Assembly: GCA_977018835.1 (NCBI GenBank)
Contig: OZ361260.1
Location: 1,612,001-1,676,000, forward strand
Length of the DNA stretch: 64,000 nt
Reading direction: 5' to 3'
Source: Minutocellus sp. GHC0000111
Lineage: Eukaryota
Positions within the stretch are counted from its first letter, which is position 1. Every line of letters begins with the position of its first letter. Both the position numbers and the translations under genes were made by a program. The notes under the pieces are model-generated. The model did not search any database and was not told the DNA's origin. It saw only the letters and a program-made list of their open reading frames with translations. Shown here piece after piece: positions 63,280 through 64,000 of the stretch.

Positions 63280-64000
63280 GCTGACGCCAAGAACAAGGGT
63301 CGCGCAACGATCGAGGTTGACGACTCCTTGTACGTGGACGATGTGGCTTGGTTCTTTCTATTACGGCGCGATCTGGAGCTAGGCATGAAAGTAGGTGTTG
63401 CGCACTTTCGAAGCTTCGGTCTATCGATCCATGCTGGAACGACGAATTCGGAAGGAGAGGTCATAAAAAAGTCCAAGACTGAGACAATCTACTTCCCACC
63501 GAAGGCCGAGCGGAAGCTGCCCTACTCTACTTTTGTAGAGCAGACTGCGGACATTGCCATCGATGGTGAGCGCTTCATGTCCTTCTGCGAGAGGTTCAAG
63601 TGTCTTGGGAGCTGGATCACATGCGATCTGAGCGATGATTTCGATGTGAATTGCCGTGTCAACGCCGCTCGACAGCAGTTCTACGCATGGCGACTTGGTG
63701 TGTTCCAGAATCGAGACATGCCGCTAGAGATTCGCATCAAGTTCTAAAAGGCGGTCATTGTCAACACGCTTCTATGGGGCTGTGAGACTTGGGGCATGAC
63801 GGCGAGGCATAGACGCCAGCTTGAGAGCTTCCATCACACCTGTCTTCGATCTATCCTTCGCATTTCGAGAATGCAGAGGATCCGCAACTCGGAGATTCGG
63901 GAGAGGGCTAACATCTCGACCATGCGCGACATGTGCGAGCTTCGTCGAGCGCGACGTCTTCACAAGATAGCCCGAATGAATGCTCATTGGTGTGCTGGTA
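63280..64000 (+). mobile_element. Non-LTR retrotransposon (RTE-like) reverse-transcriptase 3' half, decayed; runs off the window
   Basis: LYVDD, SKTETI, FKCLGS (FKYLGS motif), LLWGCETW, LESFHHTCLRSILRI; stop at 63745-47. Confidence 0.88.

Overview
Gene-dense eukaryotic nuclear DNA, most likely from a centric diatom. This is inferred from a bipartite plastid-targeting leader, diatom-type orphan ORFs, TTAGGG telomeric repeats and retained flagellar genes. About 23 mostly intronless host genes are present: GT64, KAP3 fragment, IFT52, GCP2, SDR, TMEM205-like, DRC10, CLEC16A, TGS1, XPF, GT10 fucosyltransferase, Hsp70-like, tRNA endonuclease, RCE1, Nudix, SELENOF-like, AlaX, MYND protein, NTT-like MFS and unknowns. 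Seven decayed transposons make up roughly 17-18 kb: an intron-bearing Helitron, two DD39D/DD38D mariner-like elements with TIRs and TA TSDs (one inside the TGS1 C-terminus), an internally deleted Harbinger, a CAC..GTG element with a 4-bp TSD, a MITE in a (TA)n tract, and an RTE-like LINE. The most striking signal is that three unrelated transposon superfamilies (four elements) carry Tyr->Cys/His changes (TAY->TGY/CAY), including in near-invariant motifs, while host genes keep their motif tyrosines. This suggests a transposon-directed TpA->TpG/CpA (A-to-G) hypermutation, opposite in direction to fungal RIP. Other signals are telomeric-repeat insertions, nested TA-bounded palindromes in intergenic DNA, and a probable deletion fusing two headless divergent genes.
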